Source of the DNA: Rotaria socialis | Lineage: Eukaryota | Assembly (NCBI GenBank): GCA_905331295.1 | Contig: CAJNYD010000171.1 | Span: 1-64,000 of the forward strand | Length of the DNA: 64,000 nt | Direction: 5' to 3' | Shown: piece by piece, positions 12,107-22,910 of the stretch | Layout: each line of letters opens with the position of its first letter | How positions within the stretch are numbered: position 1 is the stretch's first letter | Translations under genes and position numbers: made by a program | The notes under the pieces: generated by a model | Told to the model about the DNA's origin: nothing | What the model saw: only the letters and a program-made list of their open reading frames with translations | Database searches by the model: none

Positions 12107-14392
12107 TACACTGTAAAAAAAACCGCAGAATAAAAAACGAAAAAAGAGTTTATGAAAGTGCAACGTGCAGCAAACCCCTTTCAACCGTCTATCAACGAGT
12201 CATAAACCCTGTTACAAACTCCGTAACGAGGGTTTAATACAGTTTATTAACGTTAAATATTCTTTCTGGAAGGTTTATTGAAGGGTTGATAAGATTCATA
12301 AATCCTTAAAGGGATTACGACAGGTTGCACTTTCATAAACCCCTGAAAAGGGTATATGATAAAGTTTATGAAGGCGATTCTTGGCCTCAACTATCATTTT
12401 CAGGGAGAATATTAGGATATATAGAGTGACTCAAGGTTACAATGAACTGCTTCCAGGGATCGGAGAATAACTGAATGCATGGTTTTTTCACCTTCGTTGA
12501 TGATAGACACATGTCTATGAAGAGTAATATGCTAAGTTAATTTGTAGTTTTTATAATTTTATGTATCTAACGGTCGCTTTCTATGGCATTTCATAAAGAT
12601 TAACAAGGATATGGGAGATCCTCAGAGGCTGGAAGAAACCATATCCGTTATTTTCTCTACGTTTTGAGCTTCACATTTGTCGAAACTCTTATTCGATCTT
12701 ATCTTAGAATCCAATACTCGCTAAGTGAGAAACGAGCAAAATTAGAAAACCTGAAGTTAATTCGATCGAGAATCAAATCTAGCATGATCACTAAGAATAA
12801 AAATCAAGATGATTAAAAGGAATCGTAGGAATCTCCTTCTAGCAGCGACTAATGAATACAAACAGAATAGCTAAATTAACATAAAACTGACGAGCGAGTA
12901 ATTTGAAGGAATGATTTTAAGTGATTGCTTGAGATGAATTCTTAGTGATGTCACACGAAAACTTTTACTCACTTCTATTGACGGCAACCGCTTGCAATAT
13001 TCTCACATAAGATATTAAGCAAATAGCATTTGTGATTCAATACATTCTGTATTTACTTTGAAGACTTTGTTTGACGAAACCTAAACATAAAAGCATGAGT
13101 TATTAATAAATGGCAATTTTCTCTTAAAAAAACTCTGATTAAATTGAAAAATTATTAGAAATCAGTACATTGCAGCTACCAATTGACAACAATCGATGAC
13201 GTGTATTATGAAACGCATCTGAAAGTTCAAAATAACTGCCATTCACCCATAAGCGAAACCTTTCTATTGAATAGATGATCGTGACTCCATTAATCGATAA
13301 AAAAGATCGAACCCAAAGATCTAAAAGAAAAATTATTAAAAAGTGAGCAAGAATCGAATATTAATAACGTACTATAAAGCACTCAAGCTATCAAATATCT
13401 CGTCTGAATATATAAAGCGTGTGCACCTTCATCGAAACTTAAATTTTACAAATGAAATACTGGTGCTCCTTCGCTGGGAAACTTAAGTAGGAAAACTCCC
13501 CTCACTGATACGACGGCTATTTATCATCAAAAAAGATACACAGAATCCATCCAATCCATTGTTCTTTCTTTCCTTCACCCGGATCAACGCCTCACATATG
13601 AAAAATAACGACAGCACCTTACGAAATAACTTATAGCTTCTCTAAAAAAACCAACTCAATTAGAAAAAAATATAATCATCTTAGTTTGGTTGAAAACAAA
13701 TAGTATCATTCTGTAGTCATCAACTGTAAACTACCACTAGTTGGTCAAATTTTACATAGTTTTGTTAACTAATCTATTTGTATCAAACGGAAAAACTCCA
13801 TGACCCTAAAGCAACACAAGCGTGTCTATACTCTATTTAGGAACCAAAACATAAGCTCATAAAAGAACTGACGCTTGACCTTCAACCGATTAGAGAAGCA
13901 CTTTTGTCTGTCGATTAATTGTGACTGTAAATGTTTTCGTGATGACTTACAAAGTTTATCTTCTTTGAATCGATAGATAAAGTTAATATATAAAGGAATC
14001 TTTTCACATAGGAACACAATCTTCCACTTATTTTTTATAGGAATGAAATGAGATGAAAGGAAACATCATACTTAACTTCTAGTGGGTCGGATAAATCTTT
14101 GACTTGAAGTAATTTATTGGGAATGAGCACACATCCATGCCAGTCTCCATACGTTCGCTTCTTTATCTAAATAGATGGAACGATTAAATGAAAATAAAAC
14201 CTTTAATGTACAAAACAAACGTCTCATAATTCTCTGGATATGTGAAGAACGAAAATAAAACGAATAATTATACGTAACTTTAAGTGGGACGATTAAACTA
14301 TTCGCGCACATCAATTGATTGAGAATAAGCCCATGTTCTTAACATTGTCTAAACTTCCGCTTGTTTATCTAGATAAATAAAATGATTATAAA

Positions 14393-15796
14393 CACTCTGA
14401 AAAAAAATAAGGTGTCATATGGAACTATTTATGGTTTCAGCCAAGATAGTGAACCTCTTAAGGTTTCATTCGCTCATTAATGAACCATCGACGATTTTAG
14501 CTAGTTTAAAGAATCATCTCAGATCCACAATAGCTCCGGATGTTTGAAAAGGTTCCGTCCTGCACCGTTTTTTTTAACGCTGAATCATTTTTCCAAAGAT
14601 GGTTCTGGCTTGAAGCAAGATACTATATTTTTGGAACGCGATTTAAGTAACATAAATCTTGAATAGGTTATTGAGGTCGAGGATTCCGAATAGGTTATCA
14701 TTTTTTTGGATCCGAGCTCCCGTTGGTCAAAAATTGGGTCCATCGAAAATTCCGTGGCTGTAAAATTAGATCTTGTATTTAAACTCCGATCTCAATTCAG
14801 ATGGAAGTTTTAAATAGGTTATCGAGATCCAGGAATCCGAATCCGGCATCATCGATACCGAGCCTGAGGATCCAAGGTGGATTGATGGATATGAGTAGGT
14901 GTCTTAATAATCAATTCTATGGTACGTTATAACTTATAAAATGCGCTTATTATTTTATCTATTTCCATATATTACAATTATCAATAGAAAGTAATGTCAA
15001 TCTGGTAAAATCAAGTCAATATGTTTTGTCTTTAGGTATGTAGTAATAATCAATTGAAATACAAGTTCACTATGATAAAATGAATTCCTATTTTTTTCTA
15101 TTTAGGTATATGTGAATAATTGATCTCATGGTAAGTTCAATCTTACAGTATCAAGCACTCCTCTTGTTTTTGCTTAGGATCGTCTCAACAACAACTAACG
15201 GCGATTCTCCTTTCGTGCGAATAAAGGAGAAAGGGCCGGCTTGTATTCTCCTTACAATAAATCCAGGTAAATATAACACATACGATTTAGCGGTTTAGCA
15301 GAGAAATGAGGGTTACGGATAGGATTAAGGGTTAAGGTTAGAATTTAGGTTAAGGATAGAAATAGTGGTTAAGGATAGTATTAAGGGTTAGGGATAGAAA
15401 CATTGGTTAAGGATAGAAATAAGGGTGAAGGTTAGAATTTAGGTTAAGGATAGAAATAGTGGTTAAGGATAGTATTAAGAGTCAGGGATAGAAACATTGG
15501 TTAAGGATAGAATTAAGGGTTAAGGTTAGAATTTAGGTTAAGGATAGAAATAAGGGTGAATGTTAGGAATAAGGAATTAAGTATGAAGTTAACGGTTGGA
15601 TAAAACATTAGTCTAGTACTCTAGACTAATTGAGTATGGTGGACTACATTTTACTACCATAGAACCATTTTCGGAAGAAATAGGAAAAAGTTTCAGCTTG
15701 AACCAGATTTTGCTTGAACCTTTAATGGTTCTGAAAATGGTACCCAAATCTAGAACCCTAAAAGGTTCAGTATGACACCTTTTTTCTTTCTGAGTA
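14393..15796. mobile_element. Nested CACT-type non-autonomous element
   Basis: CACTCTGAAAAAAAATAAGGTGTCATA versus TATGACACCTTTTTTCTTTCTGAGT, with subterminal GAACC/GGTTC repeats. Confidence 0.7.
15318..15600 (+). repeat. Telomere-like G-strand-biased minisatellite (~18-bp units)
   Basis: Repeated GGTTAAGGATAGAAAT / TAAGGGTTAAGGTTAG units with almost no C on the + strand. Confidence 0.9.
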
Positions 15797-17155
15797 GTTG
15801 TATCTTGCAGGCATCGAAAGAAAACATTTCGCGTAAAAGCAACAAGAAATGAAACAATGTCTACGATTTGTCTTAAATGAAAACAAATTAGTCGAAAAAA
15901 CTATAATTTGTACTGTTTCTATATTTGGTCCAGTAATGCTATCAGATGAAAGAAACTATTTTGATGAAGACTTTAACTTCAACTGAAATATGGATAAATC
16001 CTGGATTTCACTGAGCACATTGCCAATGATTCATAGCATGCTTTCCTCTCAACTCAATTTCTTTTGATATTCTTTAAATAATTTTGATTTGAAAACGAAT
16101 CTTCGTTCTCAAAACTATTTGACGTGAACATTGAAGAAAGTGATTCCTACGGTAAAGTGATCCTTATTTATCAGTGTTTGAGGGTTTACTTCATGATACT
16201 CCTTTAAAAAAAAACAGATTTTTCATCGAGAGAACAGAAATTCGTTTTCAGACATTTCAGTTATTAGTGTTGAATATGGATCCTTTTTGAAATTTTTTTC
16301 ACACAATCATTATTCGATCTAAAGTGGTAATGACTCATATTAGTTTTACAATTCCTGTTGCAAATATCAGAGAGTATGATACTAACTATCGGAATTGCTC
16401 TTTAACAATTGAACTTGGTGTTAATTGATGCGTGACCAACGATTCGATTCTTTACTTCATATATTGCAAATAATTAATCAGTTATTTTGTGAATTTTCAT
16501 TGTCACATCGATTCGTGATCTTAAAAACGTGTCACAACTGTCAAACAACTAGATTTTGGAGCGAATTTGAGTCAAAATAATCTTTTCACTCACTTAACAC
16601 AACTTCTATAAAAGAATCGAATACAATGCCCCAAAACAAAGCTTTTTGAAACTAGAACTTAGCATTATGTACTAGTTTATCTTAACAGGTATAGCTGCAT
16701 GCTTTCAATCAAACTATAAGATTGTAACCTTTCTATTGACAATTTCAGAATTTTGAAGTTTGATCCTAGAATAATAAACCATTTTGATGACCTCGTATAC
16801 TGGTATACCCTCAACGATATTATAATAAACGCTTGTTCTGAAAATGGAGAATAATCAACCCCTAGCGTAGAATAAGGTTTGGTTTGCATGAATCGTATAA
16901 TAATCTACCCCTGATTGTTGGATAATAAACTGATTTTGGAAATAGGTAAATTAATCTACACCTATCCGTTTATTAATAAACACTTTGAATAAAATTATGA
17001 AATACAAAACCCTAAAAACAGTTCCATATACCCTTCATAGGGTATATGGCGAGCACATAAATCCTTCAAGGGTTTATAGAAAAAGAATCAAGGGCAATCG
17101 TTCATTATTCTGCACTTTTTTTTACAGTGTACCCAGGTTACGCCACTCCCCATGT

Positions 17156-17991
17156 NNNNNNNNNNNNNNNNNNNNNNNNNNNNNNNNNNNNNNNNNNNNN
17201 NNNNNNNNNNNNNNNNNNNNNNNNNNNNNNNNNNNNNNNNNNNNNNNNNNNNNNNNNNNNNNNNNNNNNNNNNNNNNNNNNNNNNNNNNNNNNNNNNNNN
17301 NNNNNNNNNNNNNNNNNNNNNNNNNNNNNNNNNNNNNNNNNNNNNNNNNNNNNNNNNNNNNNNNNNNNNNNNNNNNNNNNNNNNNNNNNNNNNNNNNNNN
17401 NNNNNNNNNNNNNNNNNNNNNNNNNNNNNNNNNNNNNNNNNNNNNNNNNNNNNNNNNNNNNNNNNNNNNNNNNNNNNNNNNNNNNNNNNNNNNNNNNNNN
17501 NNNNNNNNNNNNNNNNNNNNNNNNNNNNNNNNNNNNNNNNNNNNNNNNNNNNNNNNNNNNNNNNNNNNNNNNNNNNNNNNNNNNNNNNNNNNNNNNNNNN
17601 NNNNNNNNNNNNNNNNNNNNNNNNNNNNNNNNNNNNNNNNNNNNNNNNNNNNNNNNNNNNNNNNNNNNNNNNNNNNNNNNNNNNNNNNNNNNNNNNNNNN
17701 NNNNNNNNNNNNNNNNNNNNNNNNNNNNNNNNNNNNNNNNNNNNNNNNNNNNNNNNNNNNNNNNNNNNNNNNNNNNNNNNNNNNNNNNNNNNNNNNNNNN
17801 NNNNNNNNNNNNNNNNNNNNNNNNNNNNNNNNNNNNNNNNNNNNNNNNNNNNNNNNNNNNNNNNNNNNNNNNNNNNNNNNNNNNNNNNNNNNNNNNNNNN
17901 NNNNNNNNNNNNNNNNNNNNNNNNNNNNNNNNNNNNNNNNNNNNNNNNNNNNNNNNNNNNNNNNNNNNNNNNNNNNNNNNNNNNNNNNNNN
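17156..17991. other. Assembly gap (N run)
   Basis: Run of N. Confidence 1.
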
Positions 17992-18093
17992 GTCGGTGAA
18001 ATTGTTTTGATCTGCTTTTCTCTTTCATTCCATTTGTGTAAAGTTGATGGCTTTGTGCTTTTTCGTATATAAATTAGTGTAACATGCAACATC

Positions 18094-18140
18094 GTTATTC
18101 TTGATGATGTGTTCAGTGTAAACACGAAAGCTCGAATGAC
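18094..18140 (+). ncRNA. Minimal type I hammerhead ribozyme, 5' copy (C3U core variant)
   Basis: Stem I GUUAUUC/GAAUGAC, core UUGAUGA(U), stem II GUGUU/AACAC, GAAA, palindromic AGCU, and UC cleavage site after 18133. Confidence 0.75.
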
Positions 18141-18202
18141 TTTTTATTTCTGTTAGAAATAAATTTATTTAAAATAAAAATAAAGATTATTATTATTTTA
18201 TA

Positions 18203-20716
18203 ATGATTTTTGTGGCAGTTCTATATTCTTTTTTTTCATATCTATTTCCCACTGCTATATCTTCTCAATTCTTATTAAATCTTCGCTCTAAATATGGCGA
18301 ATTGACTTTTACCAGCATTCGACGATGTGAAAGTTTCACGAAAAAGTTACAGAAGGCAAAATGTGACACAGCATTCTTACGATATTGTCTAATATATAAT
18401 TTGTCACCAACGTTTGTTCGAATTCGATTGTGGAAACCGAACCTAATGCATTCAATGAAATATAAAGAATTGCAAAGAGATTGTTTGCTTCGTGAATATG
18501 AATCTCGGCAAAAGCAAGCAAGACAACTAGAAAAAAGCCTTTCATCTTTAACATGTTGCCTTGAAAAAGATCTATCAACAATAGATTATTTAAATTTAAA
18601 AAAATTCTACTACGATGTGGCATGTCGAATACATTCGAACGTGATGCCAGTACATCAGAGGAAATTGGAAAAATTGAATGGAGGTCCTATTGGTCAAAAT
18701 TATGAAGAAATGAAATCGAAAACAGTACACAATGTATCATCATACACTCTTTCTAGTACAGAAGAACGATTGCTTTGTCGAGGTTGGGACTTTTGCATAG
18801 AAAACAAAGTAATTGATTTTCTTGAATTTGGAACTGATGTTGAATTAAACTCATTGAGAATTGAATCATCATGTCATAACTCAGTCTTTCGATCAATATG
18901 TCGACATATGCATAATGCTTCACGACAACTAATGAAGTCATGTAGAAAGAAAAAATTTAGTAATCTATCAGATGATGAATTGAAAGCTTTAAAATCATTA
19001 AAATCAAATAAAAACATAGTAATTGTAAAAGCAGATAAAGGCAACTCCATCATAATATTAGATAAGGAATCATACATAAAAAAAGCAGAAGAGATATTGA
19101 AAGGCAATCAATTTCAAGAGATAACTAATAAAAATTATCATCAAGAACGTGAAAATGAACTAAATAAATACATCTATTCATTATTGAAAGACGGAATAAT
19201 AGATCAGAAACTTCGGTTTCGACTTCAATCAACATGTTCCTCATTATCAGTATTTTACGGACTTCCAAAAATACACAAAACAGGATATCCTATACGGCCA
19301 ATCATATCTACGATAGGAAGTTTTCAATACGAATTATCAAAATATCTAGCAAAAGCTATTAAAGATTCTAGTCCTCAAGCTGATTCAGATATAAAAGATT
19401 CCTTTGAATTTGTTAAAAAAATCAAAAATACAATATTAAGTCAAGAAAAGTCCTATATTATATGTAGTTTTGATGTTGAGAGTCTTTATACCAATGTGCC
19501 AGTAGAGGAAGCTATCAACGTCACATTAGATTTCATATTCAAATTAAAACAGAAAAATGCAAACATCCCATTTAGTAGAGAACAAATGAAAAAACTCCTA
19601 GAACTATCAGTGCGAGATGCACCTTTCCGATTTCAGAATAAGATCTATAAGCAAATTGATGGTGTAGCGATGGGTAGCCCTCTGGCACCAATTTTAGCAA
19701 ATCTATGGCTACAAAAAATTGAACAAAAGCTAAATAAATTCAGCAAAAACAGACCTGTAATATGGTTGAGATATGTAGATGATATTTTTTGCCTGTTTGA
19801 TATATCTGAGATAAAAGTATTGGAATTTCACTCAAAAATAAATAAATGGCATAAGAACCTAAAATTTACAATAGCAATGGAACCTGATAACACAATTCCT
19901 TTTCTTGATGTATTAGTCACAATTGATGATGTTCATAACCAACTAACCACCTCACTCTACCGGAAACCAACACACACAGGACTTTATCTGCTTTGGGATA
20001 GTAGTCAGAGTCGAAGATACAAGATAGGTCTAATAAAAACATTGGTGATACGAATATATAGGATTTGTTCAACGAAAGAAATCATACAGAAAGAGATAAA
20101 TCAACTAAAAGAAACACTAGAAAACAATGGATATCCACAACATATAATCAAAAGAGGAATTTCAGAGGGTGAAATAATAATTCGAAAAGAAATAAAAGCA
20201 CAAATAAAAGCAATAAATAAAAATGCTAACAACAACATCATTTACTTCACTATAGCGTATTACGGACAAGAATCTCTAGTCTTTGCAGCAAGAGTAAAGC
20301 GAATCTGCAAAAAGCTTGCACCTAATTTAAATATTCAATTTGCTTTCAGAAAACATCTAAGCCTAAAAAGAATATTCTTGCCAATTCTAAAAGGAAAGGA
20401 TGAATCAAAAGAAAAGAAAAACCTAATATACTCAATACCATGTTCTAATTGTGAAAAAGTATATATAGGTGAAACAAGTCGGATGAGAGAAACTAGAATG
20501 GCTGAACATCGGTCAAAAATAAAAACACTTGCATCTGACTCAAAACTAGTTGAACATATAGAACAACATAAACATAAGTTTGACTTCTCAAAAGTTGAGA
20601 CACTTGCTCGTGAGACAGATTGGAGGAAAAGAACCATCAAAGAAAGTATTCTCACGAACAAAGCATGTGGTAATGCCATAAATGACACCAAACATATACT
20701 ACGTGTTGTTAGCTAA
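18203..20716 (+). CDS. PLE polyprotein: reverse transcriptase + C-terminal GIY-YIG endonuclease (837 aa)
   Basis: Motifs ADKG, YGLPKIHK..P.RPI, SFDVESLYT, GVAMGSPLAP, RYVDD, FLDV, YRKPTHT and LIYSIPCSNCEKVYIGETSR in an uninterrupted ORF. Confidence 0.97.
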   Translation: MIFVAVLYSFFSYLFPTAISSQFLLNLRSKYGELTFTSIRRCESFTKKLQKAKCDTAFLRYCLIYNLSPTFVRIRLWKPNLMHSMKYKELQRDCLLREYESRQKQARQLEKSLSSLTCCLEKDLSTIDYLNLKKFYYDVACRIHSNVMPVHQRKLEKLNGGPIGQNYEEMKSKTVHNVSSYTLSSTEERLLCRGWDFCIENKVIDFLEFGTDVELNSLRIESSCHNSVFRSICRHMHNASRQLMKSCRKKKFSNLSDDELKALKSLKSNKNIVIVKADKGNSIIILDKESYIKKAEEILKGNQFQEITNKNYHQERENELNKYIYSLLKDGIIDQKLRFRLQSTCSSLSVFYGLPKIHKTGYPIRPIISTIGSFQYELSKYLAKAIKDSSPQADSDIKDSFEFVKKIKNTILSQEKSYIICSFDVESLYTNVPVEEAINVTLDFIFKLKQKNANIPFSREQMKKLLELSVRDAPFRFQNKIYKQIDGVAMGSPLAPILANLWLQKIEQKLNKFSKNRPVIWLRYVDDIFCLFDISEIKVLEFHSKINKWHKNLKFTIAMEPDNTIPFLDVLVTIDDVHNQLTTSLYRKPTHTGLYLLWDSSQSRRYKIGLIKTLVIRIYRICSTKEIIQKEINQLKETLENNGYPQHIIKRGISEGEIIIRKEIKAQIKAINKNANNNIIYFTIAYYGQESLVFAARVKRICKKLAPNLNIQFAFRKHLSLKRIFLPILKGKDESKEKKNLIYSIPCSNCEKVYIGETSRMRETRMAEHRSKIKTLASDSKLVEHIEQHKHKFDFSKVETLARETDWRKRTIKESILTNKACGNAINDTKHILRVVS

Positions 20717-21334
20717 GTCATATTCAATAAAAGCAAAATAAAAAATTTTAAAAACTAAATAAATAAATCCAGCCTTTCCATTTATGCTCATCTACCTAAT
20801 TATATAAGAAAATAAATTATACAATGATCTAATTCATCTGATCCAACACATTAACTCATCACAGTCAACCAATTAACATTGCTCATCTGACTTTATCACA
20901 TGAATACAATGAAATTACTCATCCGATGGTACTTAACTCATCTCATCAAAAACAACTCATCAATTCAAACAAAATCTACTGAACATAATTAATTCGAACA
21001 CTTAAATGAAATTACATCAATCATCTACATCCAACTCCAATTTAACAAACATATATATACCTCAAAACTGTAATCGATTCTATCCATTCACTCTTCACTC
21101 TACTTCTTCAAATTCTTCCTTATTCTCTAATTTCTTCAACTCATTCTAATATCTTACCTTATACTAATCTTTTACCTATACTAATCATCTAGCGTTATTC
21201 ATTCACTATATCCCTCTTTTCCTAAATCTATTATTCTTATATAATTACATAACAATGAGCAGACTTCACATATAAAAGAACTAACTTACAGCATGCAGAA
21301 GTACTACTATAATATACATAAATAAAAATATTAA

Positions 21335-21570
21335 ATATTAAATAAAACATACAGTAAAACCAAAATATCAAACATGTACATTAAAAATAAAACATACAAT
21401 AAAATAAAAATATCAAACATGTACATTGAAACATACAGTAAAAATAAAATATAAAACATATACATTAAAACATACAGCAAAAATAAAAACAAAATATAAA
21501 ACATGTAGTAAAAATAAAATATCAAACATATACATTAAAACATACAGTGAAAATTAAAAATAAAAAATAA
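21335..21570 (+). repeat. A-rich tandem repeats in the PLE 3' UTR
   Basis: Alternating AAAACATACAGTAAAA and AAAATATCAAACATGTACATT units. Confidence 0.8.
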
Positions 21571-21951
21571 AAATAAAAAAAAATAAAATAAAATATTGGT
21601 TTTTTTAAAAAAAGCCAACGTAAATAATAAGCTAAATACAAGAAAAGTAAAAATAAAAATAAAACAACTTCAATAATAAAACAAAAAACAAAAACATTAT
21701 CATACTTCACATGACAAGTCTATAGTTATCTATCTCTACATCACTATTTCTTACAATAATTACAACAATAATTCAAATCCTTAAATAATCCAACAATTCA
21801 ATTCTTCCTTTCTCCTATAACCTCACACTCTTCTACTCTAAAATTGTAAAATTTTATTTCTCTTTCTCAGTGTAACTCTTTATTCATTGTGCGCCTTCTA
21901 CCTAATTAATTGTAACTTTCATCATCGTTTATTGTGGTGTATATATTTTCT

Positions 21952-21998
21952 GTTTTTCCTGATGATGTGTTCAGTGTAAACACGAAAGCTCGAATGAC
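21952..21998 (+). ncRNA. Minimal type I hammerhead ribozyme, 3' copy (canonical CUGAUGA core)
   Basis: GUUUUUC-CUGAUGA-U-GUGUU cagugua AACAC-GAAA-GC-UC-GAAUGAC, with predicted cleavage after 21991. Confidence 0.85.
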
Positions 21999-22399
21999 TT
22001 TTTATTTCTGTTAGAAATAAATTTATTTAAAATAAAAATAAAGATTATTATTATTTTATAATGATTTTTGTGGCAGTTCTATATTCTTTTTTTTCATATC
22101 GTATAATCTTCTAAAGCTGCAAGAATAAAAGGACAGAAAAAGTATCTCCTTTCATAAAAATCTTTTATCTCTCCTACATACCCTTCATAATTGTCTCTTA
22201 ACCATTAAAGGGAAAATTAAAAAAAACTTACCTGTTCATTTTACTAAAATATTGTTTAATTTCGTGTCATTCGGCTGATCGCTACGCTATTGACGCTTCA
22301 CATGAACGAAAAAATTTTCTTTCGTTCCTTTCACGTTCACGCTACAACAACGTGAGTTTTGCAGTTGATTTAAGTAATTTAATAATATTGTTAAATTAC

Positions 22400-22910
22400 C
22401 TCACGCGTGAGAAAAGATGTGAAAATTAACGAAGCAAAATAGGTAATAATTCATTAAAAAAGTAAAAATTCAAGAAAACGCGTTAAACTATTTCACGCGT
22501 GAAAACATATCTTAAATTTAACGGACTTAAATCAATGATAGTTCGTTAAAATACTAAATTTTCAAGAAAACGCGTTAAATTCTTTCACGCGTGAAAACAT
22601 ATCTTAAATTTAACGGACTTAAATCAATGATAGTTCGTTAAAATACTAAATTTTCAAGAAAACGCGTTAAATTACTTCACGCGTGAAAACAGATGCGAGT
22701 TTTCATGATATTTAACGCGTTAGTACCTGTTAAAAAGTCATTAACGCATAAAAAGCCGTGAAAAACCTAACGCAGATTCACGAGTTTGTGGAAGATAACG
22801 AAACTTCATGAATTGCTTTTCATTAAACTTCGTTAATTTCTGATTTAACGCAGTTTTTTTCGTTAATTTTGAAAATCAATTCGTTAAATGCCTATTTATT
22901 TTTACATGGG
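22400..22910. repeat. ~68-bp tandem repeats and CGTTAA/TTAACG-rich subterminal region ending in a probable TIR (TTTTTACATGGG)
   Basis: Near-perfect units TTCAAGAAAACGCGTTAAA..TTCACGCGTGAAAACA at ~22469-22690. The end is complementary to CCCATGT at 17149-17155. Confidence 0.65.

Larger units (their letters stand above)
12109..17129. mobile_element. 5-kb CACTG-terminated DNA transposon (decayed, CMC/EnSpm-like), TA duplication
   Basis: TA|CACTGTAAAAAAAA ... TTTTTTTTACAGTG|TA, with subterminal ATAAACCC/GGGTTTAT repeats. No intact transposase ORF. Confidence 0.85.
18102..22100 (+). mobile_element. Full-length Penelope-like retroelement with 141-bp direct terminal repeats (pLTR-like)
   Basis: 18102-18242 is identical to 21960-22100 (offset 3858). 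The repeats enclose an RT + GIY-YIG ORF and a ~1.25-kb 3' UTR. The repeat includes the first 13 codons of the ORF, as expected for PLE partial tandem structure. Confidence 0.95.

Noticed and set aside
12900..16750. Possible decayed EnSpm-like transposase on the minus strand
   Set aside because: Only vague fragments with many stops; cannot be supported without a profile search.
16985..18125. Five long ORFs in the track
   Set aside because: Artefacts of translating through the N gap.
18336..20691. Antisense ORFs inside the PLE ORF
   Set aside because: Short shadow frames with no motifs.
21331..21710. Hydrophobic F/Y/L-rich minus-strand ORFs
   Set aside because: They are translations of A-rich tandem repeats in the PLE 3' UTR.
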